Below, piece after piece: positions 26,481 through 35,779 of a stretch of DNA of 64,000 bases. Made by a program: the position numbers and the translations under genes. Numbering within the stretch: the first letter of the stretch is position 1; every line of letters begins with the position of its first letter. The stretch is from a virus. Lineage: Duplodnaviria > Caudoviricetes. The stretch is from positions 5,306-69,305 of the IMG/VR virus record IMGVR_UViG_3300032244_000155. One strand, given 5' to 3'. The notes under the pieces are model-generated. The model searched no databases. It was not told the DNA's origin and saw only the letters and a list, made by a program, of their open reading frames with translations.

Positions 26481-28666
26481 GCAATTTCCTCGATTACCTT
26501 GGAAAGCAACACTCGGTTGGTCAAGCGCCCACGGTTCATAGCCAGGAACGCTGTCTTGAGTTTGCGAGCAGAGACCGCACCTTCACCGAGAATATCTTCC
26601 AATGAATCATCATCCGTATTCAAATCACTTCCGCCAGGAATTAAAAAGTATTGATCATATCCGTAATTCGAAACTTGATAAAACTTTTGTGTACGGAACA
26701 CTTTCAATTCGGTATCAATTTTGAAAGAAGGGATTCCAAAACGTTGGGCTGCACTACTAAAAACACTCTTACTCTTACCGAGAATGTAGAACCCAATCAA
26801 ATTACATCCAGTCTTTTCTTTAAGAATCTGGAGTAATGTAGGAGTAACACCAGCAACTCCAACTTTGTAATTCTTTTTAGTGTCCTCATCTTGAATGTAT
26901 GACGATTCATATCGAGTTGGTGCTCCAATTCGCTCTATCGTTTCACCTGGAGCAATTGCAGTATAAAGTGTACTGGAATCTTCACCGTCAGTAATAAACG
27001 AAACGTTTACGATTTCGGTACGGGTACGCTTGCGAAAATCATTAATAACCGACGGAGCAACTTTAATTGTAGAATTTAAAGGAGTGCCTCCTAATCGCAT
27101 ATCATGGCTAATATGGACATAGTGATATCGCCGACTATATGAATAAGTTCGACTATTCGTTGGATTGTAGCACCGAGCATAATTCAATAGGTCATTCGCG
27201 AATTTGCGATATGAAGCATTCTTCATACTGCTTGAAAGAATATTCAGAAGACTAAAGTTATCGTAAAAACCTAATTCGCCTGGAATTTCAGAATGACGAT
27301 CTTCTTGCGACTCATGGATATACTGAGTGGTAAATGCATAAACATCAAAAGGAATATTCACTTTACGGCAAAATGTCGTAAGGGTAAGCAATTGCTCAAT
27401 TGTTCCTTCAATGTTATCTGTCATTGAACCAGACCAATCTACGAAAATTACAATCCCGTGATTCTTACCAGCTGCAACAGAACCAATCTTGCGGAAGATA
27501 TCGTCATTGAATTTGTAGGTATGCAGTTTGTTAGTATCTAACTTACCGCTATCTGCAACTGTAATGCGACGATTCTCTGTTGCTTTTTTACGCATTTCAA
27601 ATTCTTTTACAAGATAATTGATTGCATTTTTATTGCGCTGCTCAAAAGCATTCAGAAGAGTATTGTCGTAACCATCATTGTCGGTATAATAGTCTTCATT
27701 AAAGAATTTATTCTGCAATTCTTTCCAATGCACAATGTAATTCTTTGCTTGGAACTTAGTTTGACTTGGAAGAACACCAATAGCAATTTTGCGATCTTCG
27801 ACCAATTGACTTAAAGACTTAGCTAGGCTTTCATCTGTAAGAGACTTTACTGTTCCACGATAATCCGACAATTCTTCATCATCAGAATTATTATATGATT
27901 CATTGGAGAATCCACTACTTGAATTTTCACCGTCAGTTTCTGGATCAAAATCTTCTGGATTCTGATTCTCTAAATCACCCAATTCATCTGAGTAATTATC
28001 AAAATCATCTTCATCAAACCCACCAAAATCTTCCTCTTCATCAATGTCACCGCGTTGGCGCTGAGCCTCAGCATTTTGTTCAGCTTCTTTTTTGCGCTGC
28101 TCTAATTCACCTTTGCAATAATCGTAAAGGCGAGTGGCAATGCCTTTCACTTCATCAAAAGTCTGTGCATTCTCAATTTCTTGAACAAATGCATTCTCTT
28201 CTGCATTATTGAATCGAACGTTAGCGAAAGCGCCAATCTTGAAATGCAAATTGATTCGATCAATCAGCAATAGTTTGTTTACGTCTTTGCCTTTAATCTC
28301 GAAAAAATCACGCTCGACAAATTGGCGATAACCAATTGCAAACGATTTGCGCAGACCGGGATAACGATCTTTAATCATCCGTTCAATTCGGGCATCTTCA
28401 ACAACGTTTAAGAATGTACCGAATTCTGCACCACCAGCCTTATGGCATTCAATGTACTCAACTGGTGTATCTAATGCATGACCAATCTCATGGCCGTAAA
28501 GCAATTCTTGAATTTCTGGAGTAATGTCTTGCCACATTGGCAATGTGATCTTACGGTTTTTAAGATCAAACGAAGCAGTCGGAACCTTGCGGTGCTCTAC
28601 AATCAGATTCTCTGTTGCAAGCAATCGAACTAAGGTGGACTTGGTAAATTGTACGTTCTCAGTCAT
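26477..28666 (-). CDS. HExxH metallopeptidase-like plus VWA (MIDAS) protein, CobT-like partner of the AAA+ ATPase
   Basis: HEIGH, NVVEDARIE, FVDWSGSM, GGTPL, ITDGE; start moved to MTENVQ (28666). Confidence 0.85.
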   Translation of the reverse strand: MTENVQFTKSTLVRLLATENLIVEHRKVPTASFDLKNRKITLPMWQDITPEIQELLYGHEIGHALDTPVEYIECHKAGGAEFGTFLNVVEDARIERMIKDRYPGLRKSFAIGYRQFVERDFFEIKGKDVNKLLLIDRINLHFKIGAFANVRFNNAEENAFVQEIENAQTFDEVKGIATRLYDYCKGELEQRKKEAEQNAEAQRQRGDIDEEEDFGGFDEDDFDNYSDELGDLENQNPEDFDPETDGENSSSGFSNESYNNSDDEELSDYRGTVKSLTDESLAKSLSQLVEDRKIAIGVLPSQTKFQAKNYIVHWKELQNKFFNEDYYTDNDGYDNTLLNAFEQRNKNAINYLVKEFEMRKKATENRRITVADSGKLDTNKLHTYKFNDDIFRKIGSVAAGKNHGIVIFVDWSGSMTDNIEGTIEQLLTLTTFCRKVNIPFDVYAFTTQYIHESQEDRHSEIPGELGFYDNFSLLNILSSSMKNASYRKFANDLLNYARCYNPTNSRTYSYSRRYHYVHISHDMRLGGTPLNSTIKVAPSVINDFRKRTRTEIVNVSFITDGEDSSTLYTAIAPGETIERIGAPTRYESSYIQDEDTKKNYKVGVAGVTPTLLQILKEKTGCNLIGFYILGKSKSVFSSAAQRFGIPSFKIDTELKVFRTQKFYQVSNYGYDQYFLIPGGSDLNTDDDSLEDILGEGAVSARKLKTAFLAMNRGRLTNRVLLSKVIEEIA

Positions 28667-28689
28667 ATGAATTTCTCCCTTACCCACCT

Positions 28690-28718
28690 ATAGTAGCAAA
28701 CCACCAACGCGCTGTCAA
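28690..28718 (-). promoter_or_regulatory. Early sigma70 promoter
   Basis: TTGACA-17 bp-TACTAT; the -35 contains the upstream TGA stop. Confidence 0.8.
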
Positions 28719-29320
28719 GCAGCAACTGCTTCTTCCTCAACCTGTTGTGGCTGGACAACAGAGAGAATTTTTGGACGGCTGATCACCGTCTGAGGAGCAC
28801 CACGATACTCGCGATGGCTTTTCACAGTCGCAACCACTTGAGCCGTCTGACCCTTCGAAGGGAACTCAGCAGTGCCGGTATAAACTACAGCGTTACCGTT
28901 CTCATCCTCACAGATACGAAGGAGGGACATTCCCGAATCGCACCAGTGATAGCGAGTCCGCTCAACTTCAATTTCTGCCTTGACAGTCAAGGTCATGGTT
29001 ACTTTTTTACCTGGCTGACCGACGTGGGTCATAGTAGCAATCTTAGCAACACGTTCAGCTTCGAACTTTGCTTTACGCTCTGCTTGGGTTGCAATAGAAT
29101 TGCGAAGGGCGAGCACCTGCTTTTCGGTCAGCTTGCCATACTTGTCAAGAGCGGTCAACAGACTTTGATAGAACGGACTCTTGTTGGCGTTAGCCCACAG
29201 GAAGTCGAACATCTCCTGCGAGTCGGGATAGGTACGATTGAACGTGGTCCGAGCATTCATTACGATGTTACGCTTGATGCCAGCCTCATACGCGGACGGG
29301 TTGTGAATCTGTGAATGCAT
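28715..29320 (-). CDS. Early protein with probable C-terminal OB-fold
   Basis: Start moved to MHSQIH (29320); LDKYGKLTEKQV then HVGQPGKK..TVKSHREYRGAPQTVISRP. Confidence 0.65.
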   Translation of the reverse strand: MHSQIHNPSAYEAGIKRNIVMNARTTFNRTYPDSQEMFDFLWANANKSPFYQSLLTALDKYGKLTEKQVLALRNSIATQAERKAKFEAERVAKIATMTHVGQPGKKVTMTLTVKAEIEVERTRYHWCDSGMSLLRICEDENGNAVVYTGTAEFPSKGQTAQVVATVKSHREYRGAPQTVISRPKILSVVQPQQVEEEAVAA

Positions 29321-29357
29321 TTTCGAACTCCCTTGTTTCTGTCTCACCACAAGATCA

Positions 29358-29385
29358 ATTCTACTCTGATCACCACGAAAGTCAA
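29358..29385 (-). promoter_or_regulatory. Early sigma70 promoter
   Basis: TTGACT-16 bp-TAGAAT; homologous to 13117-13144. Confidence 0.75.
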
Positions 29386-29395
29386 GGACTTTCTC

Positions 29396-29438
29396 GGTGT
29401 TGTACAAAAACAACACCATGATGTTGTTTTTTTGCTAC
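29396..29438. promoter_or_regulatory. Operator-like palindromes GTTGT-N6-ACAAC
   Basis: ggtgttgt-acaaaa-acaacacc (29396-29417) and imperfect gttgt-tttttt-gctac (29423-29438). Confidence 0.55.
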
Positions 29439-30133
29439 TTTATTGCAATAAATGCTGTGAATCCGTGATTTTGCCAGAATGTATCCATGCGTTTAAAGTC
29501 AAATCCAGCACCAGCACAAATACTAATTAATTCATTTCGAGTATTCAATTTCATCATATGTCGCAATTCTCTCTCTTTATTTAGAATGTCATCTGATGTA
29601 AAATGCTCTCTTTTGTAATCGTAATAGGTAAATGTGCGAATGTCTTGGATCTTTGAGCATTCGGAAATAGTTTTCTCTGCAAAAATAAATGCACCACCAT
29701 GGCGTAATCCATTGTAAATTTGTTTTACAATATCTCGTCTTTGATTTTCTGGAATGAATTGCAAAGTGAAAATAGAAGTAATCAATGTCGAATCTTCAAA
29801 TTTAAAATCGCGAACATCACCACGATGATATTTCAAATGAAATCCAGATTCAGCATATAGTTCTTCATCTTTGTCGAAGCCTGAAAAGAAATCTTCTTCA
29901 ATTTCAATTCCAAAGTATTTTGCATTTGGTGCAAATGCAATGTTCTGTTCATGCATTGCTTTAAGTAGTTTACCAGTAGAGCAACCAACATCAACAACCG
30001 ATGCATCATTCTCTACGAAATACTCTGAATATTTCAATACGTCATTCCAAAGATTTGTGTATCCGCGAATAGAATGTTCAATGTGTGCATCGAAGCCTTC
30101 TTCTCTTTGTGCGAATGTAAATTTTTGTGCCAT
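29435..30133 (-). CDS. cmoA: CmoA-like carboxy-S-adenosylmethionine synthase
   Basis: FDAHIEHSIRGY, VDVGCSTG, GDVRD, FTLQF, IYNGL..GGAFIFAEK, FWQ..F..IAIK match the E. coli CmoA pattern (SVPGY, DLGCSLG, NFTLQF, GGALVLSEK, WFQ). Confidence 0.82.
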   Translation of the reverse strand: MAQKFTFAQREEGFDAHIEHSIRGYTNLWNDVLKYSEYFVENDASVVDVGCSTGKLLKAMHEQNIAFAPNAKYFGIEIEEDFFSGFDKDEELYAESGFHLKYHRGDVRDFKFEDSTLITSIFTLQFIPENQRRDIVKQIYNGLRHGGAFIFAEKTISECSKIQDIRTFTYYDYKREHFTSDDILNKERELRHMMKLNTRNELISICAGAGFDFKRMDTFWQNHGFTAFIAIK

Positions 30134-30134
30134 T

Positions 30135-31370
30135 TTATAATTCCTTGTACGGTTTCAATATTTTCTCATATACATTGGACGCAAGTGCAGCCATCATCTT
30201 GGGCGCAACCATTCTACCAATTCGTTCAGCCTTTTTATCGAAGTTACCAGTAAGAATAAAATCGTCAGGCATACCCATTATAATCTTTAATTCTTTGATT
30301 GTAAACTTCCGATTCTTTTCATAGTGGAAAACACCAGACACAGACTTCTGATTACCACGTTGTGTGATCGTTGGAGATGGTAAATCTGGGCATGGTCGAA
30401 TCATGTTAAATAATGATCGTTTAGGATTGATAGAGATAAACTCTTTGTCACTAGGTTTCATATGTCTTGACGGATTGAATGGAAGCATCTCAATCCATTT
30501 CTTTTGAAACCCATTCTGAACATAATCATACAATTCTTTTTCTTCTTCAGGATCATTCACTACATTACCAATTGCTGATTTTAGACTAATGTGCTTAGGA
30601 GTAGTCTTATCTGGACAAGTCATAGTATTGATGTTTAGAAAATTGATTCCAACTTTTTCTGCAACATCAGATCGAACACAAACAAAAAACAAACGTTCTC
30701 TAGTTTGTGGAACACCATAGTCTGCAGCACTCAATACATGATATGTTGTAACATATCCAGGTTCAATATTTTCAAATGCGTTTTTAAACTCAATTAACTT
30801 CTTTGCAGCTTCACCCATTGTGATGCCTTTCACGTTCTCTGCAATAATAACTTTTGGCTTAATCTCTTTTGCAATTCGAATGTACTCAAAAAACAAGTCT
30901 TCAATTGCTTCCACAACTTTACCATCAGAATAAACTTTGACACCAGAACTTACTGTAGACTCAGTAACATGTACAACTTCATCTGATTCAAAATCGAAAT
31001 AGCTTTCTGCAAAATGTTTCTCCGAACCTTTCCAATTCTTTTCACGCTTACCAGCAACAGAGAATGCAGAGCATGGAGGCGAACCATCAAGAATATCCAA
31101 TTCACCAGGTTCTAAATTTGCAACCTCGAGAAATGTTTTACCAGTCAATGTTTTAATGTCACCAGGAATAATCTTTGTGTCTGGAAAATTCATCGAATAA
31201 GTTTTAATTGCTTCTTCAACGAATTCATTGATTGCAATCACTTTACCGCCAGCCAATCGATATCCAGTCGAACTTCCACCACCACCAGCAAAGGTGCTAA
31301 CTACCGTAAATAAATTTCTATCTGATGATGCTTTTACATCAGCAATCGTATAGTGTTCGTATTTCGCCAT
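30135..31370 (-). CDS. DNA cytosine-C5 methyltransferase family protein, candidate carboxymethyltransferase
   Basis: Motif I FAGGGG, IV GSPPCSAFS, VI ENV, VIII QTRERLF, X altered to IGRMVAP; start moved to MAKYEH. Confidence 0.9.
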   Translation of the reverse strand: MAKYEHYTIADVKASSDRNLFTVVSTFAGGGGSSTGYRLAGGKVIAINEFVEEAIKTYSMNFPDTKIIPGDIKTLTGKTFLEVANLEPGELDILDGSPPCSAFSVAGKREKNWKGSEKHFAESYFDFESDEVVHVTESTVSSGVKVYSDGKVVEAIEDLFFEYIRIAKEIKPKVIIAENVKGITMGEAAKKLIEFKNAFENIEPGYVTTYHVLSAADYGVPQTRERLFFVCVRSDVAEKVGINFLNINTMTCPDKTTPKHISLKSAIGNVVNDPEEEKELYDYVQNGFQKKWIEMLPFNPSRHMKPSDKEFISINPKRSLFNMIRPCPDLPSPTITQRGNQKSVSGVFHYEKNRKFTIKELKIIMGMPDDFILTGNFDKKAERIGRMVAPKMMAALASNVYEKILKPYKEL

Positions 31371-32154
31371 AATTTTTCCAGTCCCTATAAACGTCAAGCA
31401 TACGCTTGCGGTTTTTAATATTGATATCTTTACATTCTAACAGAACTTCGAATGCTTTGTCAATCCCAGCACCAAGCTGAAGATTGATATGCGGTTTCGG
31501 TCTTCCTATTTTTTGGAACTCCGGAAACGCTTCTATAACATGATGTTTCTGGTAAGGTTTATTTAGCTGATACCAATCGTACTGCATGAAAAAATCTTTA
31601 ATGGTACTATCTAAGTAAGGCGCAATGAAATCTTTTTTATATTTTAAACAAAGGTATTTTTGTTGCATGTAACCAACGGGATTGCTACTGCCGAAGTATT
31701 CGGCACGAAACTGATCAAATAATTCTTTTGGTTCTTTGTAATGAATACATGCTTTCTTTGAAACTCCGTAGTGACCGTCTGCTGCCCAGCCAGAGATAAC
31801 TTCTTTCTCTTCTATTTTTGGATAGACGTACAAGAATGGAAACGTACACTCATAATGTGTTTTCTTAATGCAAGCAAACTTAGTTCTTAAAGTATGAAAG
31901 TCTTCAATTAAATTATTAATTGGAACTTCAACTTTAGTGCATCTCCAACCCATTATGTTTGATGCATCAATAGCTTTCTCAGAATCATATGTTGGATTGT
32001 TTTCTAAACAAAATGTGTATGCATGAACTTTTTTACCAAGTCTATGTGCAGTAAATGCTACAGATAAAGAATCAACTCCGCCAGAGAGTAGAACAGCAAC
32101 TTCATTCTCTCTGGAAGAATCTTTTATTTTATTCTCTAGTAGTTTATCAATCAT
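31339..32154 (-). CDS. Asparagine synthetase-like ATP-dependent amidoligase (synthetase domain only)
   Basis: PP-loop LLSGGVDS, SGWAADGHYG (cf. SGEGADE.FGGY), APYLD (cf. PFLD); no Ntn glutaminase domain. Confidence 0.8.
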   Translation of the reverse strand: MIDKLLENKIKDSSRENEVAVLLSGGVDSLSVAFTAHRLGKKVHAYTFCLENNPTYDSEKAIDASNIMGWRCTKVEVPINNLIEDFHTLRTKFACIKKTHYECTFPFLYVYPKIEEKEVISGWAADGHYGVSKKACIHYKEPKELFDQFRAEYFGSSNPVGYMQQKYLCLKYKKDFIAPYLDSTIKDFFMQYDWYQLNKPYQKHHVIEAFPEFQKIGRPKPHINLQLGAGIDKAFEVLLECKDINIKNRKRMLDVYRDWKNYGEIRTLYDC

Positions 32155-32596
32155 GAAGCAATCTTACTGAAATAATGCAACGCATAAGAAATTCTAATCC
32201 AGACTGATCGCGATAGTCTTCAGCATAAAAGACTTCTTTAATACCAGAAGCATATATCATTTTAGCACAGTCCATACATGGCGCACAAGTGACAAACATT
32301 GTAGCACCTTCACCAGATTCATTGGATCTCGCAAGTTTACCAATTGCATTTAATTCTGCATGAAGAACTTCTGGTTTAGTTTTTAAAGTCTTAATTGGAA
32401 TTCTATCAGAAAAATAATCAACAACTTCATCTTCGCAATTGTTATCCCAACCAGCAGGCATACCATTGTATCCAATAGAAATAATTCTATCATCTTTTAC
32501 AATGATTGCTCCAACTTTTCTTCTTCTTGCACTACTCAACTCTGCAAAGAGTTTTGCAGTTTTCATGTACGAACCAAGATACTTTTCTTTAATCAT
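32147..32596 (-). CDS. cd: dCMP deaminase
   Basis: GYNG, HAELNAI, PCMDC zinc ligands; start moved to MIKEKY. Confidence 0.93.
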   Translation of the reverse strand: MIKEKYLGSYMKTAKLFAELSSARRRKVGAIIVKDDRIISIGYNGMPAGWDNNCEDEVVDYFSDRIPIKTLKTKPEVLHAELNAIGKLARSNESGEGATMFVTCAPCMDCAKMIYASGIKEVFYAEDYRDQSGLEFLMRCIISVRLLHD

Positions 32597-32837
32597 CAAT
32601 AAACTCTTTTTGAAACAGGCGACGTTCTTGTATAGTTGGGATTTCAAATGTCTTTCTAGGATTAGCACACATAACGCATTTCGGATTTCCACAACTTATT
32701 GGAGATTGTTTTGCTAACTTATGTGGTTGCTTAACTGGAATAAGATGTTCTTTTGCAATTGCAACTTGTCGATTGATATGATTCTCTTTTTGTTGCAGTC
32801 TGCGGGAATGTTTGAATTTATCTTCTTCATTACTCAT
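32589..32837 (-). CDS. Conserved hypothetical protein with Cys cluster
   Basis: CGNPKCVMCANPR. Confidence 0.65.
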   Translation of the reverse strand: MSNEEDKFKHSRRLQQKENHINRQVAIAKEHLIPVKQPHKLAKQSPISCGNPKCVMCANPRKTFEIPTIQERRLFQKEFIDD

Positions 32838-34546
32838 TTTGTTATCCTCGAAAAATTGTTGACCTTTTCGAACTTTATTACGTTCATGAACTTATCTTGT
32901 AGCATGTCTCCTTTATGTGATATTACAAATAGATTAGAACCTTCAAGCATTCCAAGAATCTTCATCAAGTCTTCGGTTCCATTAGTATCTAGTGATGAAT
33001 CAAATATCTCATCAAGAATTAATATGTTTGTGCTTGCAGAATTTTTTAATTTAGCAACTGCTCGCCAAGTCAACATCAATGCCATATCAATTCTCTGTTT
33101 CTCACCTTCACTAAATGATGCATAAGTAAAATCATCACGATGCCTAGATTTGATTGTCTCTTTGAACGATTCGTCCAAATTGAAATTGACAAAGAAGTCT
33201 AATGATGCAAGATATTTGTTTACTAATTTATTAATGATTGGAATATATTGACGAATGATTTTCGTTTTGATTCCAGTATCTTTAAGTAAAGTAGTCGCAA
33301 CTTCATAGTATGCACGTTCTTCGGTGATCGATTTTATCTCCGTTTCAATTTGTAGTAGATTATCATTAAGCCCAGACAATTTCGTATTTTCAGTCTGTAA
33401 GTCACTTTTGTTTTCTTTTAGTCTTTCGATCTCCTTTTCCAACGATTTGCTATAACGCTGATTGACAATGATTTCGCTCTGCTCTGATGTTAGATATGAA
33501 TTTGTGTCTTGAATCTTTTCATCAATCAATTCAATTTCATCTTTACGATTTTTTAGAGTTTTGATTTCTTTATCAATTTCTGAGATAGCTTTTTCAACTT
33601 CCTTAAGTTTTTTGTTGCGCTCTTCTACAATATGTGTCTTATGGTCTTCCGCAATTCCTTGCTTGCATGTTGGACAGTCGCTATTGTCATGATAAAAATC
33701 AATATCTGTAGAAACTTTAGAAATAGTTTTTTGTAGATTACTCTTTATATCGGACAGCTTTACTAGTCTATCAGACACTTTCTTTTTGTCCGATATCTGC
33801 AAACGAAGATCAGACAATTCTGTTTCATATTCATTACATTTAACTTCGCTTTCGGTAATTAAATTAATTGTGTTTGCTAAGTCTTGTTCTTTTAGAGAAA
33901 CTTGTGTTGCAGTATTCTTTTTGATACTATCAATTAGTTGAATCTGATATTGAATTTGTTCTTTCTTCAAGTCTGATTGATACTTCGCTTGATGGTGTTG
34001 CTCTTTCAATAAAGCAAACTTATCTTTTAGAACTCCATTCATTCGCGAAAAGATTTGAATGTCCAACAAGTCTTCAATGATTGAACGCCTATCCGATGCA
34101 GACAATTGCATGAATGGAATAAACGAAGCAGATCCCAACAATACGATTTGAGTAAATGATTTGTAATTAAGTTTGAGAATAAACTTTTCCAAATACTCTT
34201 GATAGTCTTTTGCTGCAGCATCCTGATTGATCAACTCATCATTGCTATAAATTTCAAACACGTTAGGCTTGATACCACGAACTACTTTGAAAGATTTATT
34301 TCCAATATTGAATTCGATTTCAACCACGCAATCTTTTTGATTGATTGCGTTTACTAGCTGACCTTTGTTTATGTTTCGAAATGCTTTACCAAACAATACA
34401 AAACACAATGCATCAAGCATTGTAGACTTACCAGAACCATTAGCACCAACGATTAATGTTGTGCTATTGTCAAGTAAATTAATTTCTGTATTGAAGTTAC
34501 CAGTCGAAAGAAAGTTTTTAAATCTAAGTTTATTAAAAATAATCAT
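32834..34546 (-). CDS. 46: Recombination nuclease subunit gp46 (Rad50/SbcC-like)
   Basis: GANGSGKS, CPTC zinc hook, FSEGEK, ILDE. Confidence 0.96.
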   Translation of the reverse strand: MIIFNKLRFKNFLSTGNFNTEINLLDNSTTLIVGANGSGKSTMLDALCFVLFGKAFRNINKGQLVNAINQKDCVVEIEFNIGNKSFKVVRGIKPNVFEIYSNDELINQDAAAKDYQEYLEKFILKLNYKSFTQIVLLGSASFIPFMQLSASDRRSIIEDLLDIQIFSRMNGVLKDKFALLKEQHHQAKYQSDLKKEQIQYQIQLIDSIKKNTATQVSLKEQDLANTINLITESEVKCNEYETELSDLRLQISDKKKVSDRLVKLSDIKSNLQKTISKVSTDIDFYHDNSDCPTCKQGIAEDHKTHIVEERNKKLKEVEKAISEIDKEIKTLKNRKDEIELIDEKIQDTNSYLTSEQSEIIVNQRYSKSLEKEIERLKENKSDLQTENTKLSGLNDNLLQIETEIKSITEERAYYEVATTLLKDTGIKTKIIRQYIPIINKLVNKYLASLDFFVNFNLDESFKETIKSRHRDDFTYASFSEGEKQRIDMALMLTWRAVAKLKNSASTNILILDEIFDSSLDTNGTEDLMKILGMLEGSNLFVISHKGDMLQDKFMNVIKFEKVNNFSRITK

Positions 34547-35622
34547 TCTATATTTTCGGTTGAGAGTGCTTCAACATATAGTTCCCGCATTAGCATCTTT
34601 AATTTATTACTATCGACAGGACCAGTCAATGTTTGATTCTCAATAAACTTTGAGAGAATCGACATTGTATCTTCAGCTTGATTCACAATATCATCATTGT
34701 CTTCTGTAATTTGAGGTTCTGTAAAGTCTTCCACAATGTTCACATCTGTTGGGTTTACTTTATATATTTCATCAATCAATTTTTCAAATACATATGGGTT
34801 TTGTTTATTTAACACCACAACTTTTACATAAGCATTCGCATACCTCGAGTAGTCTGCACCTTTCAAATCTTCAATCTTTAGTTTTGAATCGTCATAATTA
34901 ACACGATAAAACATTCGATATGGATTCTCAATGTAATCAACTTCTGATGTTGTTGTGTCTAGAATTGCAAAATACTTTTTGTCGCGATAGTCTGACCAAA
35001 ACAATTCATATGGCACTCCAAGATAAGATACATTATCTTTTTTTGAATGTGTATGAAAGTGTCCGCTAAACACTTGATTATATCCGCTTAGAAACTTGTG
35101 GTCAAGTCCTTCGTGGCTTTTGATTTCTCCAATGAATGGAAAGTTTGCAAGTTCAAAATGTCCCATACATAACGGAGAATTGCTATTCTTGATGAATTCA
35201 AAGATTTCGTTTTCGTTACCTTTGCATATCCATGGAATCATATCAATCTTAACACCATCTAGTTCTAGTGTTCCATGATTTTGCCAGATATAAATGTTGT
35301 CATAGTCTTTCAATAGAAGACTAGGAGAATTGATATCGAGACTTTCTTTCCAGAAAATGTCATGATTGCCAACTAACGCATGAAGTGTGATTCCATCATC
35401 GACGCAACGATCAAAAAAATATCTGCGACTCTCTGTCAATGATAGAAAATTGATATATTTGCGACGATCAAACAGATCTCCTAGCTGAATGATCGTCTTT
35501 ACATTGCGCCGTTTTAGTTCTGGGAAAAAAACCTCATTATAGAATTTTTCATAAAACGCATGGAAAACTTTAGAGTCATTTCTGATTCCGAAATGTGTGT
35601 CGCCCAGTAGACATACCTTCAT
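34543..35622 (-). CDS. 47: Recombination nuclease subunit gp47 (Mre11/SbcD-like)
   Basis: GDTHFG, LGDLFD, VGNHD, GHFE, SGHFH. Confidence 0.96.
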   Translation of the reverse strand: MKVCLLGDTHFGIRNDSKVFHAFYEKFYNEVFFPELKRRNVKTIIQLGDLFDRRKYINFLSLTESRRYFFDRCVDDGITLHALVGNHDIFWKESLDINSPSLLLKDYDNIYIWQNHGTLELDGVKIDMIPWICKGNENEIFEFIKNSNSPLCMGHFELANFPFIGEIKSHEGLDHKFLSGYNQVFSGHFHTHSKKDNVSYLGVPYELFWSDYRDKKYFAILDTTTSEVDYIENPYRMFYRVNYDDSKLKIEDLKGADYSRYANAYVKVVVLNKQNPYVFEKLIDEIYKVNPTDVNIVEDFTEPQITEDNDDIVNQAEDTMSILSKFIENQTLTGPVDSNKLKMLMRELYVEALSTENIE

Positions 35623-35779
35623 TATTTTTTGTCCTCGTGTTTCCATTGATAGATTTATTGATTATATCACGGACATTCGTAAGATGCAAGAGTGCATGAT
35701 CCTTCAAATCCTGTGGAGACTTTTTATTCTCCAAAATCTTAATCCAATGTTCAAGCTGCACGGGCAATGGCGTCTGCAT
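35576..35779 (-). CDS. Small hypothetical protein between 55 and 47
   Basis: Probable start MQTPLP (35779); position typical of T4-like phages. Confidence 0.45.
   Translation of the reverse strand: MQTPLPVQLEHWIKILENKKSPQDLKDHALLHLTNVRDIINKSINGNTRTKNNEGMSTGRHTFRNQK

Noticed and set aside
28745-29314. Long + strand ORFs such as 28745-29314, 12508-13005, 11489-12004 and 25717-26166
   Set aside because: They lie antisense to well-supported minus-strand genes, have no SD, promoter or motif, and are shadow frames.
29321-29419. Extended N-termini called for ORFs ending 28715, 12284, 12892 and 26477
   Set aside because: The extensions run through promoter and operator sequences; downstream ATGs have proper SD sites.
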